Under the pieces are notes generated by a model. It was not told the DNA's origin and ran no database searches. It worked only from the letters and a program-made list of their open reading frames with translations. DNA of 55,449 nucleotides from Octopus sinensis (Eukaryota), in NCBI RefSeq assembly GCF_006345805.1, contig NW_021834379.1, positions 1 through 55,449 of the forward strand, read 5' to 3'. Made by a program: the position numbers and the translations under genes. Shown one piece after another: positions 39,860 through 52,379 of this stretch. Numbering within the stretch: position 1 is the stretch's first letter; every line of letters begins with the position of its first letter.

Positions 39860-39860
39860 G
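39485..39860. repeat. (AAT)n grading into (GAT)n/(GAG)n
   Basis: Directly visible. Confidence 0.95.
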
Positions 39861-40795
39861 AGGAGGAGGATAACGAAAAGGGGAGAGAGAGGAAGAAAGA
39901 GAAAAATGATGAGAAAAAGATATCTTTATATTTCACTTTTATGATGCCTCCTTGTTTCCTTTCTTTTTAAATTCCTTATCTTACAAAATGTTTGTCTGTC
40001 TGTTTGTCGGTCAATTTATCCCCCACTCCCACTCTCTGTCACACTTTCTTTCTTTCTATTTCGTTTTCTTTTTTGTTTTTATTTTTTATTTATTTGTTTT
40101 TTTTTGTTTTTTGCTTTAATACTTTCCCTACTATCTCATCTTTATCTTCGTCTTCATCTTGTTGTCGTCTCCTTTCATCATTATAATACATCAGCTAAGT
40201 AATTAATTATTTCCTGACTGAATCTATTTGTTGTCGTTGCTATTAATTATTATTACCATTTATGTTGTTGTTCTTGTTCTTGTCATTTTAGCCTAAATGT
40301 CCAGCAAAGCAATTTTTTCCTTTTCTCTATTCACGTTATGACTAACACTTTTGAAAAACAAATGCTGCCGGACATCGAATACCTATCTACTTATCTACCT
40401 ACCTACCTACCTACCTACCTACCTACCTACCTACCGACCGACCTACCTACATACATACATACATACTTACATACATACCTAACTACCTACCTACCTACCT
40501 ACCTACCTACCTACCTACATACATACATACATACATACATACATACATACATACATACATACATACCTGCCTACCTGCCTGCATGGCTATCTATCTACCA
40601 ACCTACCTACCTGCCTCCTTACATACATACATACATACATACCGACCAACCGGCCGACCTAGCTATGTATTTATCTACCCATGTATCTACCTGTCAACAA
40701 ATACATCTTTCTATTTAGCTCTCTTTCAAACTATAGCTCTGTTAACCAATTTATATACCTACATACACATCTATGGACCTCTCCCTCTCTCTTTC

Positions 40796-40870
<75 letters not shown>

Positions 40871-40923
40871 TTGCGTCGGAAATTAATTAGCACTTCTCAA
40901 ATTTCTACATTTTCTACATTTTC

Positions 40924-41154
40924 TTACAGCGACTTTCGGATCAGCATCCGGTCCTCCCGCTGGGTCGTCAGCCTCTTCCGTCCCCTACCCTTTTTGTCAG
41001 CTGCTGATCCGGTTTCCTCGTATTTCTTAAATAAGCACTGAATTGTGCGCCTGGCTACACCAAGTTTCCTGGCTATTGCAGCCTCCGACAGCTTCCCACG
41101 CCACGAGAGAGCCTCGTACCGTCTCTCCAAGGTCATGCGAGGTCTTGGGCCCAT
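40924..41154 (-). pseudogene. Tc1 transposase N-terminal HTH region, DDE domain absent
   Basis: MGPRPRMTLERR...SEAAIARKLGVARRTIQCLFKKYEETGS...GRGRKRLTTQREDR. Confidence 0.85.
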
Positions 41155-41633
41155 CTAGGAATGAACGATAAAAACCAGTTATTTTCATTAAAACTATTCA
41201 TTTGAATAATGTTATGCTATAACAAAACTGCTATGAGTTATTATTCATTAAACAAAAAAGAAAGAAAGCAGAATTTCTCACCTTATTTGATGTATAACAG
41301 AAAGTTTTGTGAACCAGAAGTGACGTCATCAAGCAGAGTGTAGGAGAATTTGTGAGGAAAAAAAATCATGCAAATACACAAATCAATTAACCTACGAGCT
41401 GTTCAAAACGTCTTACGCGATGAGAAAACTTAGTACGGTGTGATTTCGGTCCTTGCGAGGCGCTACCTATATCTATTAAACAAAGGAAGATTTGTCTGCA
41501 TCCGCACTCCAAGTTGTTGTTGCACTGCTATGTCAACATCATTAGGCTGTAGACTCTCAAACTGCTCTGCAAACAAAGTTACGTCATCGTTCTGCGCAAC
41601 AGTGAACTCACAACAAAGCAATAGTTCGAGATA

Positions 41634-41651
41634 TGGCCACTAGGTGACAGC
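41634..41651 (+). promoter_or_regulatory. CTCF-like motif inside the Tc1 element
   Basis: TGGCCACTAGGTGACAGC versus CCASYAGRKGGCRS, one mismatch. Confidence 0.35.
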
Positions 41652-41706
41652 AAATACCTTGAGTGAAGAGAAAATCAAGGGTGCTAATTAATTTCTGACG
41701 GTAGTG

Positions 41707-41807
<101 letters not shown>

Positions 41808-42317
41808 GTATATATATACATATATATATATAATGTTCCAAATATAAAAATAGAAACACACTCAACGAAGGAGCAAAAATAGAAAATTCTCTCAAAACAC
41901 GGACGTTGCTCATTATTCGTTCATTATTGCCCAAAGAATCATTAGAATTTCACGTCTTTAACGATAATATTGTTCATCATTGATAGTGTCATTAACGAGA
42001 AGCTGCTGGGAATAGCGAGCGAACGTTGAGAACAACGACGAAAACAGACACGTCACAAATGAGAATATAGAACCAAGATAGATATTCAACACGTACAAAA
42101 TAATGCTGTGCGACTCTAGAACGGGTTAAATATAAGAGTAACGCAAAGGAAAATGTCCTATAGGAATGGAAAGGTAAAAGTGAGTTGGAAAAACAGGTAA
42201 TAAGAAAAAGGAACAGTGAAGAAAACAAACTGTATGAAAGTAGAGACGGGAGCGAGAGAAACGTGACTGAATGAGTCAGTGGTGAGGCGAAATAGAAATG
42301 GAACAGAGAAATATATA

Positions 42318-42490
42318 TAGGCGCAGGAGTGGCTGTGTGGTAAGTAGTTTGCTAACCAACCACATGGTTCTGGGTTCAGTCCCACTGCGTGGCATCTTGG
42401 GCAAGTGTCTTCTGCTATAGCCCCGGGCCGACCAATGCCTTGTGAGTGGATTTGGTAGACGGAAACTGAAAGAAGCCCGTCGTATATATG

Positions 42491-42521
<31 letters not shown>

Positions 42522-42725
42522 TTGTGTGTCTGTGTTTGTCCCCCTAGCATTGCTTGACAACCGATGCTGGTGTGTTCACGTCCCCGTCACTTAGCGGTTC
42601 GGCAAAAGAGACCGATAGAATAAGCACTGGGCTTACAAAGAATAAGTCCCGGGGTCGATTTGCTCGACTAAAGGCGGTGCTCCAGCAATGACCGCAGTCA
42701 AAATGACTGAAACAGGTAAAAGAGT
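42318..42725 (+). mobile_element. CORE-type SINE, family 1, full length
   Basis: Colinear with 34600-35040. Confidence 0.9.
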
Positions 42726-43526
42726 AAATGGAAACGATCACAGGTCACCTGGTAATAGGAGGAGAGAAAAAAAAGTGCTGGAGGGTAGAGAGACAGAAAG
42801 TAACAGAGTGTTAAATTGGTGGGAGCTGGTTAGGAGGAGAGAGAGAGAGGGGAGAGAAAAGAGAGTAAAAGACACAAGAGAGAGAGAAAAAGGGTGGCAG
42901 GCAGAAAGATAGAAAGCAACAGAGAGATAAGTTAATGAGAGAGGGAACGGAACGATGGATAGGTAACAATAAGAATGGTGCGCAGCGTTACATCAAATGA
43001 TAAGTTCCAAACATTAAACAGAAACACAACAAAGGAACAAACGAAAAAATCCCACAAGACAGGAACGTTGCTCTTTTCTCGTCAGTTATCGTCCAAAAAA
43101 AATCACTACAATTTCTCAATGCCTATGTGTGTATGTATGTGTCTGTGTGTGCGTGTGTGTGTGTGTGTATATTTATGTATATATGCAAGTATGTATGTAT
43201 GTATGTATGTATGTATGTATGTATGTATGTATGTATTACTCATTAAAGCGTTGCGTACTCCCATTGTCATTTTCATACTTTCGAATATTTACCGTCCTAA
43301 ACAAACCATGAAGAACTCAAACGAAGGTAATAAAACACATTAATGAAAGAGTACAACAAAATAAGTATTCGATACACGATTAGAAGAAAAGATGTTTCCT
43401 TGTGTAACTACGCATGTATACACCGAAAATATATATATATACATATACATCATACACACATTCATATATATGTATGTATGTATGTAGTATGTATGTATGT
43501 ATGTATGTATGTATATATACAATTTT

Positions 43527-43798
43527 CTTATGAAATTCATTGGCTGTTTCTGCTATAAGATGCTGCGGACTCATAATATTTGAGTGTTTAAATAACACCC
43601 TACAGCTTCGTCGGAGCCTCATTTATGAAGTGCAATCTATTTGGGAAAGAATTAACTGTACTTACATACGTAATTCTTTCCCAGATAAATTGCATTTCAT
43701 ATTCGTGACTCCGATGAAGCTCTAAGGATGAAGCTATAAGGTATGAGTCCACTAGCATCCTATAGTAGAGACAGCTGTAAGCTAATGAAATATATAAG
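43527..43798. repeat. ~270-nt imperfect foldback (MITE-like or long hairpin)
   Basis: Inner arms 43598-43654 / 43671-43727 (46/57 match); outer arms ~43543-43575 / 43742-43775; further short terminal match. Confidence 0.8.
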
Positions 43799-43964
43799 CG
43801 TAAGATAATCATTTATTCCTTTGTCGCGAAATTGCAAAGATAATCTGGAACTCGACTGCGGATAGAAAATTCCGGATAACCCGTCCTTGTTTTCTTTGAA
43901 TCGTCTGTCTGGATGTTTAGTTGTCCCCCTTTTTTTGTGTCACCTAACTGTCGAGGTGTTTTGC

Positions 43965-44114
43965 CTTGTTAGAAGTGGCTGTGTGGTAAGAAGCTTGATT
44001 CCCAAACGTACGGTGCGGGTTCAGTCCCACTGCGCAATTGTCTTCTATTATAGTCTCGAGCTGACCAAAGCCTTGTGGGCGGATTTCGTAGACGGAAACT
44101 GAAAGAAGCCCGTC

Positions 44115-44157
<43 letters not shown>

Positions 44158-44445
44158 CATACATATATGTATATAAGTATGTGTGTACGTATGTATGTAT
44201 GTATGTATGTATGTATGTATGTATGTATGTATGTATGTATGTATTTGCGTATCTGTGTTTGTTCCCCCACTATCAATTTACGTTGGTGAGTTTACGACCC
44301 TCTAACTTACCTGTTCGGCAAAGACACCAATAGAATAAGTACTAGCCTTACAAAGGATAAGTCCTGGGGCCGATTTGTTCGACTAAAGGCAGTTCTCCAG
44401 CATGGCCGTAGTTAAGTGATAGAAACAAGTAAAATAGGAAAAGAG
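43965..44445 (+). mobile_element. CORE-type SINE, family 1, diverged, expanded internal microsatellite
   Basis: Colinear with 34600-35040. Confidence 0.8.
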
Positions 44446-44509
44446 TGTATATATACATATATATATATAGCATTATATAGCCAGCTGGAGACGACGATCT
44501 CTTGGGGCT

Positions 44510-44575
44510 ATAAAGCTACAGTAACATTCCCTCCCCTATGTGGTTAGCCATGTTAAGATGGCTTCTATAGTTTAC
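44510..44575 (+). mobile_element. Fragment of the Helitron internal segment
   Basis: aaagctacagtaaca...ttagccat...agatggct matches the reverse complement of 4140-4205. Confidence 0.55.
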
Positions 44576-44576
44576 A

Positions 44577-44614
<38 letters not shown>

Positions 44615-44682
44615 ATATATATATTTCTGTGCTTCTGGGTTATTTCTCCAACTGTGATACATACATTTTCATTCTCTCTCCT

Positions 44683-44717
<35 letters not shown>

Positions 44718-45119
44718 CTTTTCTCTTCTACTTCTCTCAGTTCCTCTTCCTTAACAGTATTACTTCTCTTTCATTATCTTTTTCCGTTCGATGCTTTCAC
44801 ACTATTTTTTGCTTATAACTAAAGCCGTTCTCTAACGTCGTAAACATATCTATATATTCAAATGTTAGAATATAACTAAATGTTAGAATATGAATTTTTA
44901 AAAGTCTCCTTTCAAAATATATGTCTCTAGCCATCCTGCACATTTTTTCTTATTTGTTACGTTTCCTTTTGGAAATAATGACGCAATAATGATGCTTTGA
45001 GTGAACGACAACATGACACATTGACTGAACCTCAATATTTTTAGCTATTATTCTAATTAACACAACTTTACGTATTGAGTACTTTGCATTATGTTTGTAT
45101 ATAGACATGCATAGAAGAA

Positions 45120-45150
<31 letters not shown>

Positions 45151-45159
45151 CTGTGTGTG

Positions 45160-45209
<50 letters not shown>

Positions 45210-45656
45210 ATAGCCAGCGTAACCTCAAGGGACACCATTATTGGAAAATTTGAAACACTTCAGTACCGACCAATGAAAATTGGAATCTTGTAACATATAT
45301 ATATATGTGTATGTGTATGAGTGTGTATGTATGTGTATGTGTGTATGTATGTATGTATGTATGTATGTATGTATGTATGTATGTATAGATATTGATAGAT
45401 AGATGGATAGATATTGATAGATAGGTGGATAGATACATAGATAGATGCGTAGTAGCATATTCATGCATACATACATTAATATTTATATTTATATATAAAT
45501 ATATCTATCTATCTCTATATATATATACACACACACACCTATATAAATACATGGACACACACACATATACACAGATATATATGCATAACTATCTATCCAT
45601 CTATCTTTCTATTTATCTATCTAACTATCTATCGCTCTCTCTCTCTCTCTCGCTCG

Positions 45657-45688
<32 letters not shown>

Positions 45689-45933
45689 GTATGTATATAC
45701 ACACACGTTTTCATATATTATATACGTATATCTACCTATGCATTGAGATATACACATTTACACACACATAGGTATACAGTTATACACATACATACATACA
45801 TGCATACATACATACATGCGTACATACATACATATATGGACATATACGTAATCATTTTTAACATACATATATTATTTTATATTCATTTTCGTTGATTGGT
45901 TTCTCCAGAAATATTCTTTATGACTACAAACAC

Positions 45934-45990
<57 letters not shown>

Positions 45991-47914
45991 CACACAAACA
46001 CACACAAACACATACTTATATATACTAACACCAGTGTATATGTGAACATGCGTGTGAGCATGTGCGTGCGGGCATCTGAGCGTGCGTGCATGTGTATCTG
46101 TGTGTGTGTCGATTTATGTGTGTGTGTGTGTGTGTGTGTGTGATTCTTGGCGATCTCTTTTCGCTTATAATTATTCGTCTATTTATTTATTTATCAATTT
46201 GTTTATCTGCTTATCAAATATATTTATGTATTTTATTCCTTCACATATTAAATATAGTTTTATGCATTTATATACACACACATATACATACATACATATA
46301 TAAATATATATATACATACATACATATATACATTTATATATATATATATATAATATATATATATATATGCATATATATTGATATATGTGTATTTACCTAT
46401 TTATTTTATTATTGGCCAGAGCCTATAGAATCTACATTTGTAATGTCTCTTTCAACTAACCACCAAAACACCACCATTACCATTCCATCGCCACCAAGAA
46501 TAACAACAACAACAACAACAACAACACCGTTATTCGCTATATCGCTTTTTTATTCTCTTTATTATTTTTTTTTTCTTGTTTGTGAGCATTTTTTAGTTTG
46601 AATTATTATTGTTATTTTTTTTTGTTTTGTTTCTTCTTTCTATCAAATATAGATCTATGTTAGATATCAGAAATGACAAATTTGAAAGAGATCGGACTCC
46701 ATATACCACAGGCAAATATTTATTATACGCATTGGGACATTTATATCACACACACTGATGAATATATAAACGCATATACGTTCAGAGAAACACACACACA
46801 TGCATACATTTATACATACATATATATATATATATGTATATATGTATATGTATTTATATAATTTTGAATACATATATATATACATATATATATATTTGTG
46901 TGCATATATATATACATATATATGCACACACACACACACACACACCACACACACACATATTGGAACACATGCATTCGTACATGTATAATATCTGTTTTTC
47001 TTCTTCAATCTCTTAGCATCTCACTTTCATTCTCTCTCACTTACTCTCTCTCTCTCTCTTTCTCTATCACTCCCATTACCTTTGTCTTCCTTTCCCTTTC
47101 TGTCTCTTCCACGTTCGGTGATATCATTCCTTGTAATTCTTATTTCCTTTTTTTCTTTGCTTTTTTAAAATTTTTCCTTTATTTTTTATTTTATTTTTAT
47201 TTGCCTTATCAAATAATATTCAGTTAAAGGAGACAGTATGTCGCCTCTAACTTAGAATATCATTCATTTTTATCTTTATTTTATCATCAGTTTATTATAC
47301 TTTATTTCGCATATTCCGGCAGAGAATTAAGCAGAAAATAGGACTCTGTATGTTTCACCTTAAGAAATATAGCAACCTTTTTTCCCTCGGAGACACATCC
47401 CAATTTTGACTTTAAAGTTTTGAAAAACCGATTAAACACACAAAGGTCCCCACACTTTCACATACTTAACCGAAAGTTTTATCCGTTGTTTGGTAATATA
47501 CAAATTCTGTATTTACATCCATCTATCTATTCATCCACCCATCTATTTATGCATGCATGCATGCATGCATCCATCCATCCATCCATCCATACATACATAC
47601 ATATATACATACATACATACATACATACATACATACATACATACATACATACATACATACATGCAATGTTGAAATTCCAATGAAGGAGCCTGTGTTTTTT
47701 TTTCTCTATTGACAAGATATCTTGAAATAAAACTGAATAATTACATACATAAACTCGACTCCGTCGGTCACAAATCACCATTGGTGCACTTCAGAGGTCC
47801 CCCCCCCCAGGAGTCTGAGCAGAAATTCGCAGAGGTTCCCCTCCGGGAGTCTGAGCAGACTATCTTGAGCAAAAAGTCGCCTCACCGGCGAACGCACAAT
47901 CAAAGGTGATTTTT

Positions 47915-48420
47915 TTATGGAAGGCCAGCAGTTCTCCATTTATTCCGGCTTCCACTCTCCATACCTATTTCTTTATTACCCACAGGGGGCTAAACATAGA
48001 GGGGACAAACATGGACAGACATAGATATTAAGTCGATATCATCGACCCCAGTGCATAACTGGTACTTAATTTATCGACCTCGAAAGGATGAAAGGCAAAG
48101 TCGACCTCGGCGGAATTTTAACTCAGAACGTAACGGCTGACGAAATACCGCTAAGCATTTCGCCCGGCGTGCTAACGTTTCTGCCATCTCGCCGCCTTCA
48201 CTCTCCATACCACTGATATTATCCAAGGGAAAGATAAATGCCGATACAGCTTGGCACTAGTGACACTGCAACTCATTTCTACAGCTGAGTGAACTGGAGC
48301 AACGTGAAATAAAGTGTCTTACTCAAGAACACAAAATGCAGCCCGGTCCGGGGTATCGAGCTCACAACCTCAGGATCGGAAGCTCGGCGCTTTAACCACT
48401 GAGATATGCACCTTCACAAT
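47915..48420 (-). mobile_element. Family-3 SINE interrupted by a family-2 SINE
   Basis: Body and head homology to 3520-3790 on both sides of 47966-48198. Confidence 0.65.
47966..48198 (-). mobile_element. tRNA SINE, family 2, full length with 13-bp TSD
   Basis: cactctccatacc at 47953-47965 and 48199-48211. Confidence 0.9.
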
Positions 48421-48712
48421 TACATACATATGCATGTATACATATACATACGTATATATATTTAAATATGTGTATATATATGTGTGTATGTGCGTGCGTG
48501 CATGCGTGCGCGCGGGTGTATATGCTTATGTATATGCAAATACACGCACATACAGACATACACATATATATATACCCACAACATATATACAAATATATAT
48601 GTATATTTCTAATTGTATACGTTATGCAAATAACAATATACATACGTATGTATGTATGTATGTAAGTATGTATGTATGTATGTATGTATGTATGTATATT
48701 GTAATTTTGCAG

Positions 48713-48724
48713 CAGAGAGACACG
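48713..48724 (+). other. Candidate 12-nt microexon
   Basis: attgtaattttgcag|CAGAGAGACACG|gtaagt; splice signals only. Confidence 0.25.
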
Positions 48725-48990
48725 GTAAGTTTAGCACACATAACCCCTTTCCAAGGAGTTCAGTTTTGTTATGAAAAATTTCAACTTCCTCTGTAAGGAA
48801 CGTTAAGTTTTGGGAGAAATACAGCGTCGTCGACGCCAGAAAATGAGGTTCTTTCTGTAATATGGAATTAGTGTCAGGAATGAGTCATATAAAAATTCAA
48901 AGACTAAGGATTAGCTGATGCATCAGCATATACCAATAACAATAATAACAACAACAACAACAATAATAATAATAATAATAATAATAATAA

Positions 48991-49839
48991 GTACGAAACA
49001 GCCAGGGCATGGACAGAGGAGGAACTAATATAGAAAGACAGGAAGTCAAGAGAGCTCCCCACGATGCGTAGGGCCCATCATCCATGTGCAGACACTGATC
49101 AGCTAAGCATAAAGAGAGCAAATGGAAGAAAGGGACTGATAAGTGTGGAAGACCTCGTGCGTATCGAACTCGAGAGCTTAATGAGATACCTAGCCCAAAG
49201 TAAGAAAACTTTGTGACAGTTAGGAACGAGGGAATATTGAGAGTAGAGAATAAAAGGAAAATAAATGATGTACAAAAAAGACACGAAGAATTGCGCACGA
49301 AAGGACTATACAAAAAATTCCACGTAGCCACAACAGAAGTTGCTGGAATAATAGGTGGGATTGGCTGATGAAAGGAACCCTAATTAAAGAGACCGAGAGC
49401 ACTATACTAACAGCGCAAGGCCAAGCTTTGGCCACGAACTGGAGGGGCAACCTTCGGAATGAGCAAGTGTCTTCGCTGTGCTGCATCTGCAACAGAGTGG
49501 ATGAAACCCTTGCCCATATCACAAACGAATGCCCTAGACTTGCCCAAAATCATTACAAGGTGTGGCAACACGACCAGATAGTAAAAGTGCTCCACTGGAA
49601 ACTGTCCGAAAAGTGGGGGCTAACCAGAGGCAAGACATGGTACGAGCACAAACAGCAGAGAGTGGTGGAATCGGGGGCTAGCAAAATCCTCTGGGATTTC
49701 CCAATCCAAACAGAGATCAGGCGCTAGAGCATAACAGACAGGACTTAGTGGTGATAGACAAGATGCACCACATATACTATATAGTTGATGTTGCATGCCC
49801 ATTTGACCCACGAATATAATCGCAGAAGGAAGACAAACG

Positions 49840-49873
<34 letters not shown>

Positions 49874-50159
49874 AATAGATAGATAGAACCCTCTTAAGTA
49901 CGAAACGGCCAGGTTATGGAAAATGAAGGTGAAAATAGTGCCAATTATTGTTGGGTTCTTGCAAACAGTATCAGAAGGCATCAAAAGGACTATAAAGGAA
50001 ATTGGAGTAGAGTGCCCTGTAGAACTGTTACAAGAGGTTTGCCTCTTTGGAACAGCCAGAATAATCAGAAAAGTACTAGATAGCTGAAAAGAGTGAATAG
50101 CATAATACCATACGCTACGCATGCTCCTCCAGCAGCTCCAACAAAACCTTCGATTAAGA

Positions 50160-50160
<1 letters not shown>
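48991..50160 (+). mobile_element. R4/Dong-clade RLE LINE, 5'-truncated, in an AAT/GAT repeat tract
   Basis: ETESTILTAQGQAL, CCICNRVDETLAHITNEC, KILWDFPIQT, GTARIIRKVLDS* end; (AAT)n at the 5' junction and (GAT)(AAC)(AAT)n at the 3' junction. Confidence 0.9.
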
Positions 50161-50192
<32 letters not shown>

Positions 50193-50234
50193 AATAATAA
50201 CAACAAGAACAACAACAACAACAACAACAATAGC

Positions 50235-50306
<72 letters not shown>

Positions 50307-51148
50307 TAATAACAACAACAATAAAGGCATACGTTACTTAAGCATACCCTGGACTAAAAGCGGTCCATCACTTGCGGATATTCAAGGATCACCACAGACT
50401 AAGAATTACTTTGATAACCAAATGGAAATGTTCTCTCCCAGTTAGTATTCTCAAATATGCAGCCGCATATTCATATTAAGTCCAACACCAAGGACAATAT
50501 TCCTAACTCTCAACCACCTTTCAATAAATTTACAGGAAATAGGTGAGGGAGAGAATAACATCCATTTCTACCTCTACCTCGTTTTCCAAGTAAAACTTGA
50601 ATATGCCTTGGCTGCAGTGGCAAATGTCTCTTTTCAGACGTTTCCAATGGTGTCCACCATAAAAATAGTTTGGTATCACAGCCAAGGCATGGCTGTGTGG
50701 TAAGGGGTATGGTTTTGGATTCACTCTCAATGAGTAGCACCTTGAGCAAGTGTCATCTACTATAATCCCAGACCAACCAAAGCCTGGGGCTGTTGTAGAA
50801 GACACTTGCCCATAAATATGTGTATGTGTTTGCCTCTATGTGTGTATGTGTCTTCTACTATAATCCCAGACCATTTTCGGTTGTCCTCTAGCACTTGCGC
50901 TCTTTTACACTTTCATTAGTTTTAGCCATTTCACTGCGGCTATGGTGGGACACTGCTTGTAAGGGTTTTAATCGAAGAAATCGATCCCAGGACTAATTCT
51001 TTGTAAGTTTAGTGCTTAGTCCATCGGTATCTTTTGCCGGACTGCTAATTTTCGGGGAACATAAACACACCAGTACCGGTTGTCAAGCGATGGCGCGAGA
51101 AACAAACACAGACATCCACCCTCCACACACGTGTGTGTGTATATATGA

Positions 51149-51227
<79 letters not shown>

Positions 51228-51231
<4 letters not shown>

Positions 51232-51500
51232 TCTGTATTTTTGTTCGTGTACTTCGTTCGTTTTCCGTCCTCGTGTTGTATACATTCGAAGCTTTCTTCC
51301 AGGGGATCTAATGCGTTGGCTTAGATTTCCTTGGCGGCTGGCCATATCGGAGCAATCTCAAGATTAATCAGCCGAAATTGCTAAGATGATCTGGTTCTTG
51401 ACTGATGACTGAGGGTTCGAATGTCCCGTCCTGTGGTTCTTGTGTCGTCTCTGTGGTGTTTCATGTTCTTGTCCATGTCTGTAATTATTTTTACTGTTTA

Positions 51501-51512
<12 letters not shown>
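51228..51512 (+). mobile_element. ~280-bp structured repeat in (TA)n, homologous to 19075-19345
   Basis: Colinear homology to the 19-kb copy. Confidence 0.8.
51351..51417 (+). ncRNA. Candidate non-circularly permuted hammerhead ribozyme (copy 1)
   Basis: AGCAAT-C-TCAAGA ttaatc AGCC-GAAA-TTGCT (13 nt) TCTTGA-CTGATGA-ctgag-GGTT. Confidence 0.6.
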
Positions 51513-51538
<26 letters not shown>

Positions 51539-51549
51539 AAATATATATA

Positions 51550-51621
<72 letters not shown>

Positions 51622-52379
51622 ATAATATATGTATGTATGAAGGGCTTCTTTCAGTTTCAGTCGTCTACCAAATCAGCTTACAAGTATTTAGTCGACCGAG
51701 GTAAAGCAGAAGACACTTGCTCGAAGTGCCACGCAGTGGAACTAAACCCGGAAAAACGTGGTTGGGAAGCAAGCCTCTTGCCACACAGCCATACTTCTTC
51801 ATAACCGGTGTTAGTTTGTTTCCGTTTCCGTAGCTTAACAGTTCAGCAAAAGTGACCGATATAAAAATATGTACTGCAGTTGATTTGTTCGACTAAACCT
51901 TTCAAGGCAGTGCCGTAGCATGACCGCAGTCCAATACCTGAAAGCAAATAAATGATAGAAAAATAACAGAAATGTCTGCTGTACTTTGAGCTGTATTTTA
52001 GCATCAGTTGATCCCTCAGAGGGCTCACTTATAATCAAAAGTTTTCCAACCATGCCCATCCGTTTTAACTTATCTTGAAACTACATTATCAAATGTATCG
52101 CTGTTGTTTCTCGTTGATGACTTTGTTAATTATTGTTGCTGTTTTTTTCTTACAGTTGTTTCGCTCAAGGTCTAAGATCAAAGGCTTTCCAGTCGTGACC
52201 CACATAGTTTGCACTCACACACATACATCACATGTATATACATGCATACCCGTACACGCATACATACATAATACATATCACACATACATACAAACCACAC
52301 ATACATTCATACTGCACATACATACATACATACATACATACATACATACATACATACAAACATGCATACCTACATACAT

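Larger units (their letters stand above)
40868..41706 (-). mobile_element. Internally deleted Tc1-family DNA transposon
   Basis: 26-bp TIRs (40868-40893 and 41681-41706; 23/26 match), TA on both sides within (TA)n. Confidence 0.88.
50915..51795 (-). mobile_element. CORE-type SINE split in its internal (TA)n by the 51228-51512 repeat
   Basis: 5' half at 51637-51795 and 3' half at 50915-51130, both - strand. Confidence 0.65.

Noticed and set aside
51637-51960. Apparent twin-primed SINE (inverted 5' half then 3' half)
   Set aside because: The 5' half pairs more simply with the - strand 3' half at 50915-51130; 51805-51960 is likely a separate fragment.
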